Below are positions 39,662 to 51,943 of a DNA stretch of 64,000 nt, piece after piece. Origin of the DNA: Auanema rhodensis (lineage: Eukaryota > Animalia > Nematoda); assembly GCA_964057225.1 (NCBI GenBank), contig OZ059894.1, forward strand, positions 2,480,001 through 2,544,000. The letters run 5' to 3'. The stretch's first letter is position 1. The number at the start of each line of letters is the position of its first letter. The notes under the pieces were generated by a model, which was not told where the DNA came from, did no database searches, and was given only the letters and a program-made list of their open reading frames with translations. A program made the position numbers and the translations under genes.

Positions 39662-42600
39662 CAAAAACATTTTGACAAAATATTTTTCGAAAAATTTCAA
39701 AATATTTTAGCAAGAAGTAGATGTTTTTAGATTCCTTTTTTCAAGGCAAAGACGATGGACAATGTTATTCAACGAAAAAATAATTTCTTCAGGGTGAAAA
39801 TCGAGAATATAAGTGTGAACTTATATCAGTTGATATCTCGGTGCATTTTTAAGCTAGCGCAAATCTGATAACACAGATCGACGCAGCTTAAAAATCCGCA
39901 TCAAATGCACTATACTACATTGAGAAACGCTCAATACAAAAATTAGTTATGATCGTTTGAAAAATGATGCATTAGTGTATGTTGAGTTTCCATGTACACT
40001 CAACATTGCTTCCAAAAACATTTTGACAAAAATTTTTTCGAAAAATTTCAAAATAATTTAGCAAAAAGTAGATGTTTTTAGATTCCTTTTTTTAAGGCAA
40101 AGACGATGGACAATGTTATTCAACGAAAAAATTAATTCTTCAGGGTGAAAATCGAGGATATAAGTGTGAACTTATATCAGTTGATATCTCGGTGCATTTT
40201 CAAGCTAGCGCAAATATGATAACACAGATCGACGCAGCTTAAAAATCCGCATCGAATGCACTATTCTACATTGAGAAACGCTCAATACAAAAATTAGTTA
40301 TGATCGTTTGAAAAATGATGCATTAGTGTATGTTGAGTTTCCATGTACAATCAACATTGCTTCCAAAAACATTTTGACAAAAATTTTTTCGAAAAATTTC
40401 AAAATAATTTAGCAAAAAGTAGATGTTTTTAGATTCCTTTTTTCAAGGCAAAGACGATGGACGATGTTATTCAACGAAAAAATTAATTCTTCAGGGTGAA
40501 AATCGAGGATATAAGTGTGAACTTATATCAGTTGATATCTCGGTGCATTTTTAAGCTAGCGCAAATCTGATAACACAGATCGACGCAGCTTAAAAATCCG
40601 CATCGAATGCACTATACTACATTGAGAAACGCTCAATACAAAAATTAGTTATGATCGTTTGAAAAATGATGAATTAGTGTATGTTGAGTTTCCATGTACA
40701 CTCAACATTGCTTCCAAAAACATTTTGACAAAATATTTTTCGAAAAATTTCAAAATATTTTAGCAAGAAGTAGATGTTTTTAGATTCCTTTTTTCAAGGC
40801 AAAGACGATGGACAATGTTATTCAACGAAAAAATAATTTCTTCAGGGTGAAAATCGAGGATATAAGTGTGAACTTATATCAGTTGATATCTCGGTGCATT
40901 TTTAAGCTAGCGCAAATCTGATAACACAGATCGACGCAGCTTAAAAATCCGCATCAAATGCACTATACTACATTGAGAAACGCTCAATACAAAAATTAGT
41001 TATGATCGTTTGAAAAATGATGCATTAGTGTATGTTGAGTTTCCATGTACACTCAACATTGCTTCCAAAAACATTTTGACAAAAATTTTTTCGAAAAATT
41101 TCAAAATAATTTAGCAAAAAGTAGATGTTTTTAGATTCCTTTTTTTAAGGCAAAGACGATGGACAATGTTATTCAACGAAAAAATTAATTCTTCAGGGTG
41201 AAAATCGAGGATATAAGTGTGAACTTATATCAGTTGATATCTCGGTGCATTTTCAAGCTAGCGCAAATCTGATAACACAGATCGACGCAGCTTAAAAATC
41301 CGCATCGAATGCACTATTCTACATTGAGAAACGCTCAATACAAAAATTAGTTATGATCGTTTGAAAAATGATGCATTAGTGTATGTTGAGTTTCCATGTA
41401 CAATCAACATTGCTTCCAAAAACATTTTGACAAAAATTTTTTCGAAAAATTTCAAAATAATTTAGCAAAAAGTAGATGTTTTTAGATTCCTTTTTTCAAG
41501 GCAAAGACGATGGACGATGTTATTCAACGAAAAAATTAATTCTTCAGGGTGAAAATCGAGGATATAAGTGTGAACTTATATCAGTTGATATCTCGGTGCA
41601 TTTTTAAGCTAGCGCAAATCTGATAACACAGATCGACGCAGCTTAAAAATCCGCATCGAATGCACTATACTACATTGAGAAACGCTCAATACAAAAATTA
41701 GTTATGATCGTTTGAAAAATGATGAATTAGTGTATGTTGAGTTTCCATGTACACTCAACATTGCTTCCAAAAACATTTTGACAAAATATTTTTCGAAAAA
41801 TTTCAAAATATTTTAGCAAGAAGTAGATGTTTTTAGATTCCTTTTTTCAAGGCAAAGACGATGGACAATGTTATTCAACGAAAAAATAATTTCTTCAGGG
41901 TGAAAATCGAGGATATAAGTGTGAACTTATATCAGTTGATATCTCGGTGCATTTTTAAGCTAGCGCAAATCTGATAACACAGATCGACGCAGCTTAAAAA
42001 TCCGCATCAAATGCACTATACTACATTGAGAAACGCTCAATACAAAAATTAGTTATGATCGTTTGAAAAATGATGCATTAGTGTATGTTGAGTTTCCATG
42101 TACACTCAACATTGCTTCCAAAAACATTTTGACAAAAATTTTTTCGAAAAATTTCAAAATAATTTAGCAAAAAGTAGATGTTTTTAGATTCCTTTTTTTA
42201 AGGCAAAGACGATGGACAATGTTATTCAACGAAAAAATTAATTCTTCAGGGTGAAAATCGAGGATATAAGTGTGAACTTATATCAGTTGATATCTCGGTG
42301 CATTTTCAAGCTAGCGCAAATCTGATAACACAGATCGACGCAGCTTAAAAATCCGCATCGAATGCACTATTCTACATTGAGAAACGCTCAATACAAAAAT
42401 TAGTTATGATCGTTTGAAAAATGATGCATTAGTGTATGTTGAGTTTCCATGTACAATCAACATTGCTTCCAAAAACATTTTGACAAAAATTTTTTCGAAA
42501 AATTTCAAAATAATTTAGCAAAAAGTAGATGTTTTTAGATTCCTTTTTTCAAGGCAAAGACGATGGACGATGTTATTCAACGAAAAAATTAATTCTTCAG

Positions 42601-42820
42601 GGTGAAAATCGAGGATATAAGTGTGAACTTATATCAGTTGATATCTCGGTGCATTTTTAAGCTAGCGCAAATCTGATAACACAGATCGACGCAGCTTAAA
42701 AATCCGCATCGAATGCACTATACTACATTGAGAAACGCTCAATACAAAAATTAGTTATGATCGTTTGAAAAATGATGAATTAGTGTATGTTGAGTTTCCA
42801 TGTACACTCAACATTGCTTC
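39662..42820 (+). repeat. 3-monomer higher-order repeat x3 (1053 bp)
   Basis: AAAATATTTTTCG variant at 39681/40734/41787, followed each time by the TTTAAGG-TTTTCAAG-CTATTC-ACAATC monomer and the GGACGATG monomer. Confidence 0.85.
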
Positions 42821-45800
42821 CAAAAACATTTTGACAAAAATTTTTTCGAGAAATTTCAAAATAATTTAGCAAAAAGTAGATGTTTTTAGATTCCTTTTTT
42901 CAAGGCGAAGACGATGGACATTGTTATTCAACGAAAAAATTAATTCTTCAGGGTGAAAATCGAGGATATAAGTGTGAACTTATATCAGTTGATATCTCGG
43001 TGCATTTTTAAGCTAGCGCAAATCTGATAACACAGATCGACGCAGCTTAAAAATCCGCATCGAATGCACTATACTACATTGAGAAACGCTTAATACAAAA
43101 ATTAGTTATGATCGTTTGAAAAATGATGCATTAGTGTATGTTGAGTTTCCATGTACACTCAACATTGCTTCCAAAAACATTTTGACAAAAATTTTTTCGA
43201 AAAATTTCAAAATAATTTAGCAAAAAGTAGATGTTTTTAGATTCCTTTTTCCAAGGCAAAGACGATGGACATTGTTATTCAACGAAAAAATCAATTCTTC
43301 AGGGTGAAAATCGAGGATCTAAGTGTGAACTTATATCAGTTGATATCTCGGTGCATTTTTAAGCTAGCGCAAATCTGATAACACAGATCGACGCAGCTTA
43401 AAAATCCGCATCGAATGCACTATACTACATTGAGAAACGCTCAATACAAAAATTAGTTATGATCGTTTGAAAAATGATGCATTAGTGTATGTTGAGTTTC
43501 CATGTACACTCAACATTGCTTCCAAAAACATTTTGACAAAAATTTTTTCGAAAAATTTCAAAATAATTTAGCAAAAAGTAGATGTTTTTAGATTCCTTTT
43601 TTCAAGGCAAAGACGATGGACATTGTTATTCAACGAAAAAATCAATTCTTCAGGGTGAAAATCGAGGATCTAAGTGTGAACTTATATCAGTTGATATCTC
43701 GGTGCATTTTTAAGCTAGCGCAAATCTGATAACACAGATCGACGCAGCTTAAAAATCCGCATCGAATGCACTATACTACATTGAGAAACGCTCAATACAA
43801 AAATTAGTTATGATCGTTTGAAAAATGATGCATTAGTGTATGTTGAGTTTCCATGTACACTCAACATTGCTTCCAAAAACATTTTGACAAAAATTTTTTC
43901 GAAAAATTTCAAAATAATTTAGCAAAAAGTAGATGTTTTTAGATTCCTTTTTTCAAGGCAAAGACGATGGACTTTGTTATTCAACGAAAAAATCAATTCT
44001 TCAGGGTGAAAATCGAGGATCTAAGTGTGAACTTATATCAGTTGATATCTCGGTGCATTTTTAAGCTAGCGCAAATCTGATAACACAGATCGACGCAGCT
44101 TAAAAATCCGCATCGAATGCACTATACTACATTGAGAAACGCTCAATACAAAAATTAGTTATGATCGTTTGAAAAATGATGCATTAGTGTATGTTGAGTT
44201 TCCATGTACACTCAACATTGCTTCCAAAAACATTTTGACAAAAATTTTTTCGAAAAATTTCAAAATATTTTAGCAAGAAGTAGATGTTTTTAGATTCCTT
44301 TTTTCAAGGCAAAGACGATGGACAAAGTTATTCAACGAAAAAATAATTTCTTCAGGGTGAAAATCGAAGATATAAGGGTGAACTTATATCAGTTGATATC
44401 TCGGTGCATTTTTAAGCTAGCGCAAATCTGATAACACAGATCGACGCAGCTTAAAAATCCGCATCAAATGCACTATACTACATTGAGAAACGCTCAATAC
44501 AAAAATTAGTTATGATCGTTTGAAAAATGATGAATTAGTGTATGTTGAGTTTCCATGTACACTCAACATTGCTTCCAAAAACATTTTGACAAAAATTTTT
44601 TCGAAAAATTTCAAAATAATTTAGCAAAAAGTAGATGTTTTTAGATTCCTTTTTTCAAGGCAAAGACGATGGACTTTGTTATTCAACGAAAAAATCAATT
44701 CTTCAGGGTGAAAATCGAGGATCTAAGTGTGAACTTATATCAGTTGATATCTCGGTGCATTTTTAAGCTAGCGCAAATCTGATAACACAGATCGACGCAG
44801 CTTAAAAATCCGCATCGAATGCACTATACTACATTGAGAAACGCTCAATACAAAAATTAGTTATGATCGTTTGAAAAATGATGCATTAGTGTATGTTGAG
44901 TTTCCATGTACACTCAACATTGCTTCCAAAAACATTTTGACAAAAATTTTTTCGAAAAATTTCAAAATATTTTAGCAAGAAGTAGATGTTTTTAGATTCC
45001 TTTTTTCAAGGCAAAGACGATGGACAAAGTTATTCAACGAAAAAATAATTTCTTCAGGGTGAAAATCGAAGATATAAGGGTGAACTTATATCAGTTGATA
45101 TCTCGGTGCATTTTTAAGCTAGCGCAAATCTGATAACACAGATCGACGCAGCTTAAAAATCCGCATCAAATGCACTATACTACATTGAGAAACGCTCAAT
45201 ACAAAAATTAGTTATGATCGTTTGAAAAATGATGCATTAGTGTATGTTGAGTTTCCATGTACACTCAACATTGCTTCCAAAAACATTTTGACAAAAATTT
45301 TTTCGAAAAATTTCAAAATATTTTAGCAAGAAGTAGATGTTTTTAGATTCTTTTTTTCAAGGCAAAGACGATGGACAATGTTATTCAACGAAAAAATAAT
45401 TTCTTCAGGGTGAAAATCGAGGATATAAGTGTGAACTTATATCAGTTGATATCTCGGTACATTTTTAAGCTAGCGCAAATCTGATAACACAGATCGACGC
45501 AGCTTAAAAATCCGGATCGAATGCACTATACTACATTGAGAAACGCTCAATACAAAAATTAGTTATGATCGTTTGAAAAATGATGCATTAGTGTATGTTG
45601 AGTTTCCATGTACACTCAACATTGCTTCCAAAAACATTTTGACAAAAATTTTTTCGAAAAATTTCAAAATATTTTAGCAAGAAGTAGATGTTTTTAGATT
45701 CCTTTTTTCAAGGCAAAGACGATGGACAATGTTATTCAACGAAAAAATAATTTCTTCAGGGTGAAAATCGAGGATATAAGTGTGAACTTATATCAGTTGA

Positions 45801-47032
45801 TATCTCGGTGCATTTTTAAGCTAGCGCAAATCTGATAACACAGATCGACGCAGCTTAAAAATCCGCATCGAATGCACTATACTACATTGAGAAACGCTCA
45901 ATACAAAAATTAGTTATGATCGTTTGAAAAATGATGCATTAGTGTATGTTGAGTTTCCATGTACACTCAACATTGCTTCCAAAAACATTTTGACAAAAAT
46001 TTTTTCGAAAAATTTCAAAATATTTTAGCAAGAAGTAGATGTTTTTAGATTCCTTTTTTCAAGGCAAAGACGATGGACAAAGTTATTCAACGAAAAAATA
46101 ATTTCTTCAGGGTGAAAATCGAAGATATAAGGGTGAACTTATATCAGTTGATATCTCGGTGCATTTTTAAGCTAGCGCAAATCTGATAACACAGATCGAC
46201 GCAGCTTAAAAATCCGCATCAAATGCACTATACTACATTGAGAAACGCTCAATACAAAAATTAGTTATGATCGTTTGAAAAATGATGAATTAGTGTATGT
46301 TGAGTTTCCATGTACACTCAACATTGCTTCCAAAAACATTTTGACAAAAATTTTTTCGAAAAATTTCAAAATAATTTAGCAAAAAGTAGATGTTTTTAGA
46401 TTCCTTTTTTCAAGGCAAAGACGATGGACGATGTTATTCAACGAAAAAATAATTTCTTCAGGGTGAAAATCGAGGATATAAGGGTGAACTTATATCAGTT
46501 GATATCTCGGTGCATTTTTAAGCTAGCGCAAATCTGATAACACAGATCGACGCAGCTTAAAAATCCGCATCAAATGCACTATACTACATTGAGAAACGCT
46601 CAATACAAAAATTAGTTATGATCGTTTGAAAAATGATGCATTAGTGTATGTTGAGTTTCCATGTACACTCAACATTGCTTCCAAAAACATTTTGACAAAA
46701 ATTTTTTCGAAAAATTTCAAAATAATTTAGCAAAAAGTAGATGTTTTTAGATTCCTTTTTTCAAGGCAAAGACGATGGACTTTGTTATTCAACGAAAAAA
46801 TCAATTCTTCAGGGTGAAAATCGAGGATATAAGTGTGAACTTATATCAGTTGATATCTCGGTGCATTTTCAAGCTAACGCAAATCTGATAACACAGATCG
46901 ACGCAGCTTAAAAATCCGCATCAAATGCACTATACTACATTGAGAAACGCTCAATACAAAAATTAGTTATGATCGTTTGAAAAATGATGAATTAGTGTAT
47001 GTTGAGTTTCCATGTACACTAAACATTGCTTC

Positions 47033-48436
47033 CAAAAACATTTTGACAAAAATTTTTTCGAGAAATTTCAAAATAATTTAGCAAAAAGTAGATGTTTTTA
47101 GATTCCTTTTTTCAAGGCAAAGACGATGGACGATGTTATTCAACGAAAAAATTAATTCTTCAGGGTGAAAATCGAGGATATAAGTGTGAACTTATATCAG
47201 TTGATATCTCGGTGCATTTTTAAGCTAGCGCAAATCTGATAACACAGATCGACGCAGCTTAAAAATCCGCATCGAATGCACTATACTACATTGAGAAACG
47301 CTCAATACAAAAATTAGTTATGATCGTTTGAAAAATGATGCATTAGTGTATGTTGAGTTTCCATGTACACTCAACATTGCTTCCAAAAACATTTTGACAA
47401 AAATTTTTTCGAAAAATTTCAATATAATTTAGCAAAAAGTAGATGTTTTTAGATTCTTTTTTTCAAGGCAGAGACGATGGACAACGTTATTCAACGAAAA
47501 AATTAATTCTTCGGGGTGAAAATCGAGGATCTAAGTGTGAACTTATATCAGTTGATATCTCGGTGCATTTTTAAGCTAGCGCAAATCTGATAACACAGAT
47601 CGACGCAGCTTAAAAATGCGCATCGAATGCACTATACTACATTAAGAAACGCTTGATACAAAAATTAGTTATGATCGTTTGAAAAATGATGAATTAGTGT
47701 ATGTTGAGTTTCCATGTACACTAAACATTGCTTCCAAAAACATTTTGACAAAAATTTTTTCGAGAAATTTCAAAATAATTTACCCAAAAGTAGATGTTTT
47801 TAGATTCCTTTTTTCAAGGCAAAGACGATGGACGATGTTATTCAACGAAAAAATTAATTCTTCAGGGTGAAAATCGAGGATATAAGTGTGAACTTATATC
47901 AGTTGATATCTCGGTGCATTTTTAAGCTAGCGCAAATCTGATAACACAGATCGACGCAGCTTAAAAATCCGCATCGAATGCACTATACTACATTGAGAAA
48001 CGCTGAATACAAAAATTAGTTATGATCGTTTGAAAAATGATGCATTAGTGTATGTTGAGTTTCCATGTACACTCAACATTGCTTCCAAAAACATTTTGAC
48101 AAAAATTTTTTCGAAAAATTTCAATATAATTTAGCAAAAAGTAGATGTTTTTAGATTCTTTTTTTCAAGGCAGAGACGATGGACAACGTTATTCAACGAA
48201 AAAATTAATTCTTCGGGGTGAAAATCGAGGATCTAAGTGTGAACTTATATCAGTTGATATCTCGGTGCATTTTTAAGCTAGCGCAAATCTGATAACACAG
48301 ATCGACGCAGCTTAAAAATGCGCATCGAATGCACTATACTACATTAAGAAACGCTTGATACAAAAATTAGTTATGATCGTTTGAAAAATGATGAATTAGT
48401 GTATGTTGAGTTTCCATGTACACTCAACATTGCTTC
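47033..48436 (+). repeat. Diverged 2-monomer unit x2 (702 bp)
   Basis: Private variants CAATATA, GCAGAG, ACAACGTT, TTCGGGG, AAATGCG and ATTAAG...CTTGAT in monomers 47384 and 48086. Confidence 0.9.
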
Positions 48437-48787
48437 CAAAAACATTTTGACAAAAATTTTTTCGAGAAATTTCAAAAAAATTTAGCAAAAAGTAGATGTT
48501 TTTAGATTCCTTTTTTCAAGGCGAAGACGATGGACATTGTTATTCAACGAAAAAATTAATTCTTCAGAGTGAAAATCGAGGATATAAGTGTGAACTTATA
48601 TCAGTTGATATCTCGGTGCATTTTTAAGCTAGCGCAAATCTGATAACACAGATCGACGCAGCTTAAAAATCCGCATCGAATGCACTATACTACATTGAGA
48701 AACGCTCAATACAAAAATTAGTTATGATCGTTTGAAAAATGATGAATTAGTGTATGTTGAGTTTCCATGTACACTCAACATTGCTTC

Positions 48788-51700
48788 CAAAAACATTTTG
48801 ACAAAAATTTTTTCGAAAAATTTCAAAATAATTTAGCAAAAAGTAGATGTTTTTAGATTCCTTTTTTTAAGGCAAAGACGATGGACAATGTTATTCAACG
48901 AAAAAATTAATTCTTCAGGGTGAAAATCGAGGATATAAGTGTGAACTTATATCAGTTGATATCTCGGTGCATTTTTAAGCTAGCGCAAATCTGATAACAC
49001 AGATCGATGCAGCTTAAAAATCCGCATCGAATGCACTATACTACATTGAGAAACGCTTAATACAAAAATTAGTTATGATCGTTTGAAAAATGATGCATTA
49101 GTGTATGTTGAGTTTCCATGTACACTCAACATTGCTTCCAAAAACATTTTGACAAAAATTTTTTCGAAAAATTTCAAAATAATTTAGCAAAAAGTAGATG
49201 TTTTCAGATTTTTTTTTCAAAGCAAAGACAATGGACAATGTTATTCAACGAAAAAATTAATTCTTTAGGGTGAAAATCGAGGATATAAGTGTGAACTTAT
49301 ATCAGTTGATATCTCGGTGCATTTTTAAGCTAGCGCAAATCTGATAACACAGATCGACGCAGCTTAAAAATCCGCATCGAATGCACTATACTACATTGAG
49401 AAACGCTCAATACAAAAATTAGTTATGATCGTTTGAAAAATGATGCATTAGTGTATGTTGAGTTTCCATGTACACTCAACATTGCTTCCAAAAACATTTT
49501 GACAAAAATTTTTTCGAAAAATTTCAAAATAATTTAGCAAAAAGTAGATGTTTTTAGATTCCTTTTTTCAAGGCAAAGACGATGGACGATGTTATTCAAC
49601 GAAAAAATTAATTCTTCAGGGTGAAAATCGAGGATATAAGTGTGAACTTATATCAGTTGATATCTCGGTGCATTTTCAAGCTAGCGCAAATCTGATAACA
49701 CAGATCGACGCAGCTTAAAAATCCGCATCAAATGCACTATACTACATTGAGAAACGCTCAATAGAAAAATTAGTTATGATCGTTTGAAAAATGATGCATT
49801 AGTGTATGTTGAGTTTCCATGTACACTCAACATTGCTTCCAAAAACATTTTGACAAAAATTTTTTCGAAAAATTTCAAAATAATTTAGCAAAAAGTAGAT
49901 GTTTTTAGATTCCTTTTTTTAAGGCAAAGACGATGGACAATGTTATTCAACGTAAAAATTAATTCTTCAGGGTGAAAATCGAGGATATAAGTGTGAACTT
50001 ATATCAGTTGATATCTCGGTGCATTTTTAAGCTAGCGCAAATCTGATAACACAGATCGATGCAGCTTAAAAATCCGCATCGAATGCACTATACTACATTG
50101 AGAAACGCTCAATAGAAAAATTAGTTATGATCGTTTGAAAAATGATGCATTAGTGTATGTTGAGTTTCCATGTACACTCAACATTGCTTCCAAAAACATT
50201 TTGACAAAAATTTTTTCGAAAAATTTCAAAATAATTTAGCAAAAAGTAGATGTTTTCAGATTTTTTTTTCAAAGCAAAGACAATGGACAATGTTATTCAA
50301 CGAAAAAATTAATTCTTTAGGGTGAAAATCGAGGATATAAGTGTGAACTTATATCAGTTGATATCTCGGTGCATTTTTAAGCTAGCGCAAATCTGATAAC
50401 ACAGATCGACGCAGCTTAAAAATCCGCATCGAATGCACTATACTACATTGAGAAACGCTCAATACAAAAATTAGTTATGATCGTTTGAAAAATGATGCAT
50501 TAGTGTATGTTGAGTTTCCATGTACACTCAACATTGCTTCCAAAAACATTTTGACAAAAATTTTTTCGAAAAATTTCAAAATAATTTAGCAAAAAGTAGA
50601 TGTTTTTAGATTCCTTTTTTCAAGGCAAAGACGATGGACGATGTTATTCAACGAAAAAATTAATTCTTCAGGGTGAAAATCGAGGATATAAGTGTGAACT
50701 TATATCAGTTGATATCTCGGTGCATTTTCAAGCTAGCGCAAATCTGATAACACAGATCGACGCAGCTTAAAAATCCGCATCAAATGCACTATACTACATT
50801 GAGAAACGCTCAATAGAAAAATTAGTTATGATCGTTTGAAAAATGATGCATTAGTGTATGTTGAGTTTCCATGTACACTCAACATTGCTTCCAAAAACAT
50901 TTTGACAAAAATTTTTTCGAAAAATTTCAAAATAATTTAGCAAAAAGTAGATGTTTTTAGATTCCTTTTTTTAAGGCAAAGACGATGGACAATGTTATTC
51001 AACGAAAAAATTAATTCTTCAGGGTGAAAATCGAGGATATAAGTGTGAACTTATATCAGTTGATATCTCGGTGCATTTTTAAGCTAGCGCAAATCTGATA
51101 ACACAGATCGATGCAGCTTAAAAATCCGCATCGAATGCACTATACTACATTGAGAAACGCTTAATACAAAAATTAGTTATGATCGTTTGAAAAATGATGC
51201 ATTAGTGTATGTTGAGTTTCCATGTACACTCAACATTGCTTCCAAAAACATTTTGACAAAAATTTTTTCGAAAAATTTCAAAATAATTTAGCAAAAAGTA
51301 GATGTTTTCAGATTTTTTTTTCAAAGCAAAGACAATGGACAATGTTATTCAACGAAAAAATTAATTCTTTAGGGTGAAAATCGAGGATATAAGTGTGAAC
51401 TTATATCAGTTGATATCTCGGTGCATTTTTAAGCTAGCGCAAATCTGATAACACAGATCGACGCAGCTTAAAAATCCGCATCGAATGCACTATACTACAT
51501 TGAGAAACGCTCAATACAAAAATTAGTTATGATCGTTTGAAAAATGATGCATTAGTGTATGTTGAGTTTCCATGTACACTCAACATTGCTTCCAAAAACA
51601 TTTTGACAAAAATTTTTTCGAAAAATTTCAAAATAATTTAGCAAAAAGTAGATGTTTTTAGATTCCTTTTTTCAAGGCAAAGACGATGGACGATGTTATT

Positions 51701-51943
51701 CAACGAAAAAATTAATTCTTCAGGGTGAAAATCGAGGATATAAGTGTGAACATATATCAGTTGATATCTCGGTGCATTTTTAAGCTAGCGCAAATCTGAT
51801 AACACAGATCGACGCAGCTTACAAATCCGCATCGAATGCACTATACTACATTGAGAAACGCCTAATACAAAAATTAGTTATGATCGTTTGAAAAATGATG
51901 CATTAGTGTATGTTGAGTTTCCATGTACACTCAACATTGCTTC
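48788..51943 (+). repeat. 3-monomer higher-order repeat x3 (1052 bp, carries a 1-bp deletion)
   Basis: TTTTCAGA-T9-CAAAGCAAAGACAATGG...TTCTTTAGGG at 49201/50253/51305, offset 1052. Confidence 0.9.

Noticed and set aside
47679-47870. 63-aa ORF from the ORF track
   Set aside because: It starts at TTG inside the satellite and exists only because one monomer has TAG-CAA changed to TAC-CCA (~47781). All other copies I read have a stop there, and no recognisable domain is present.
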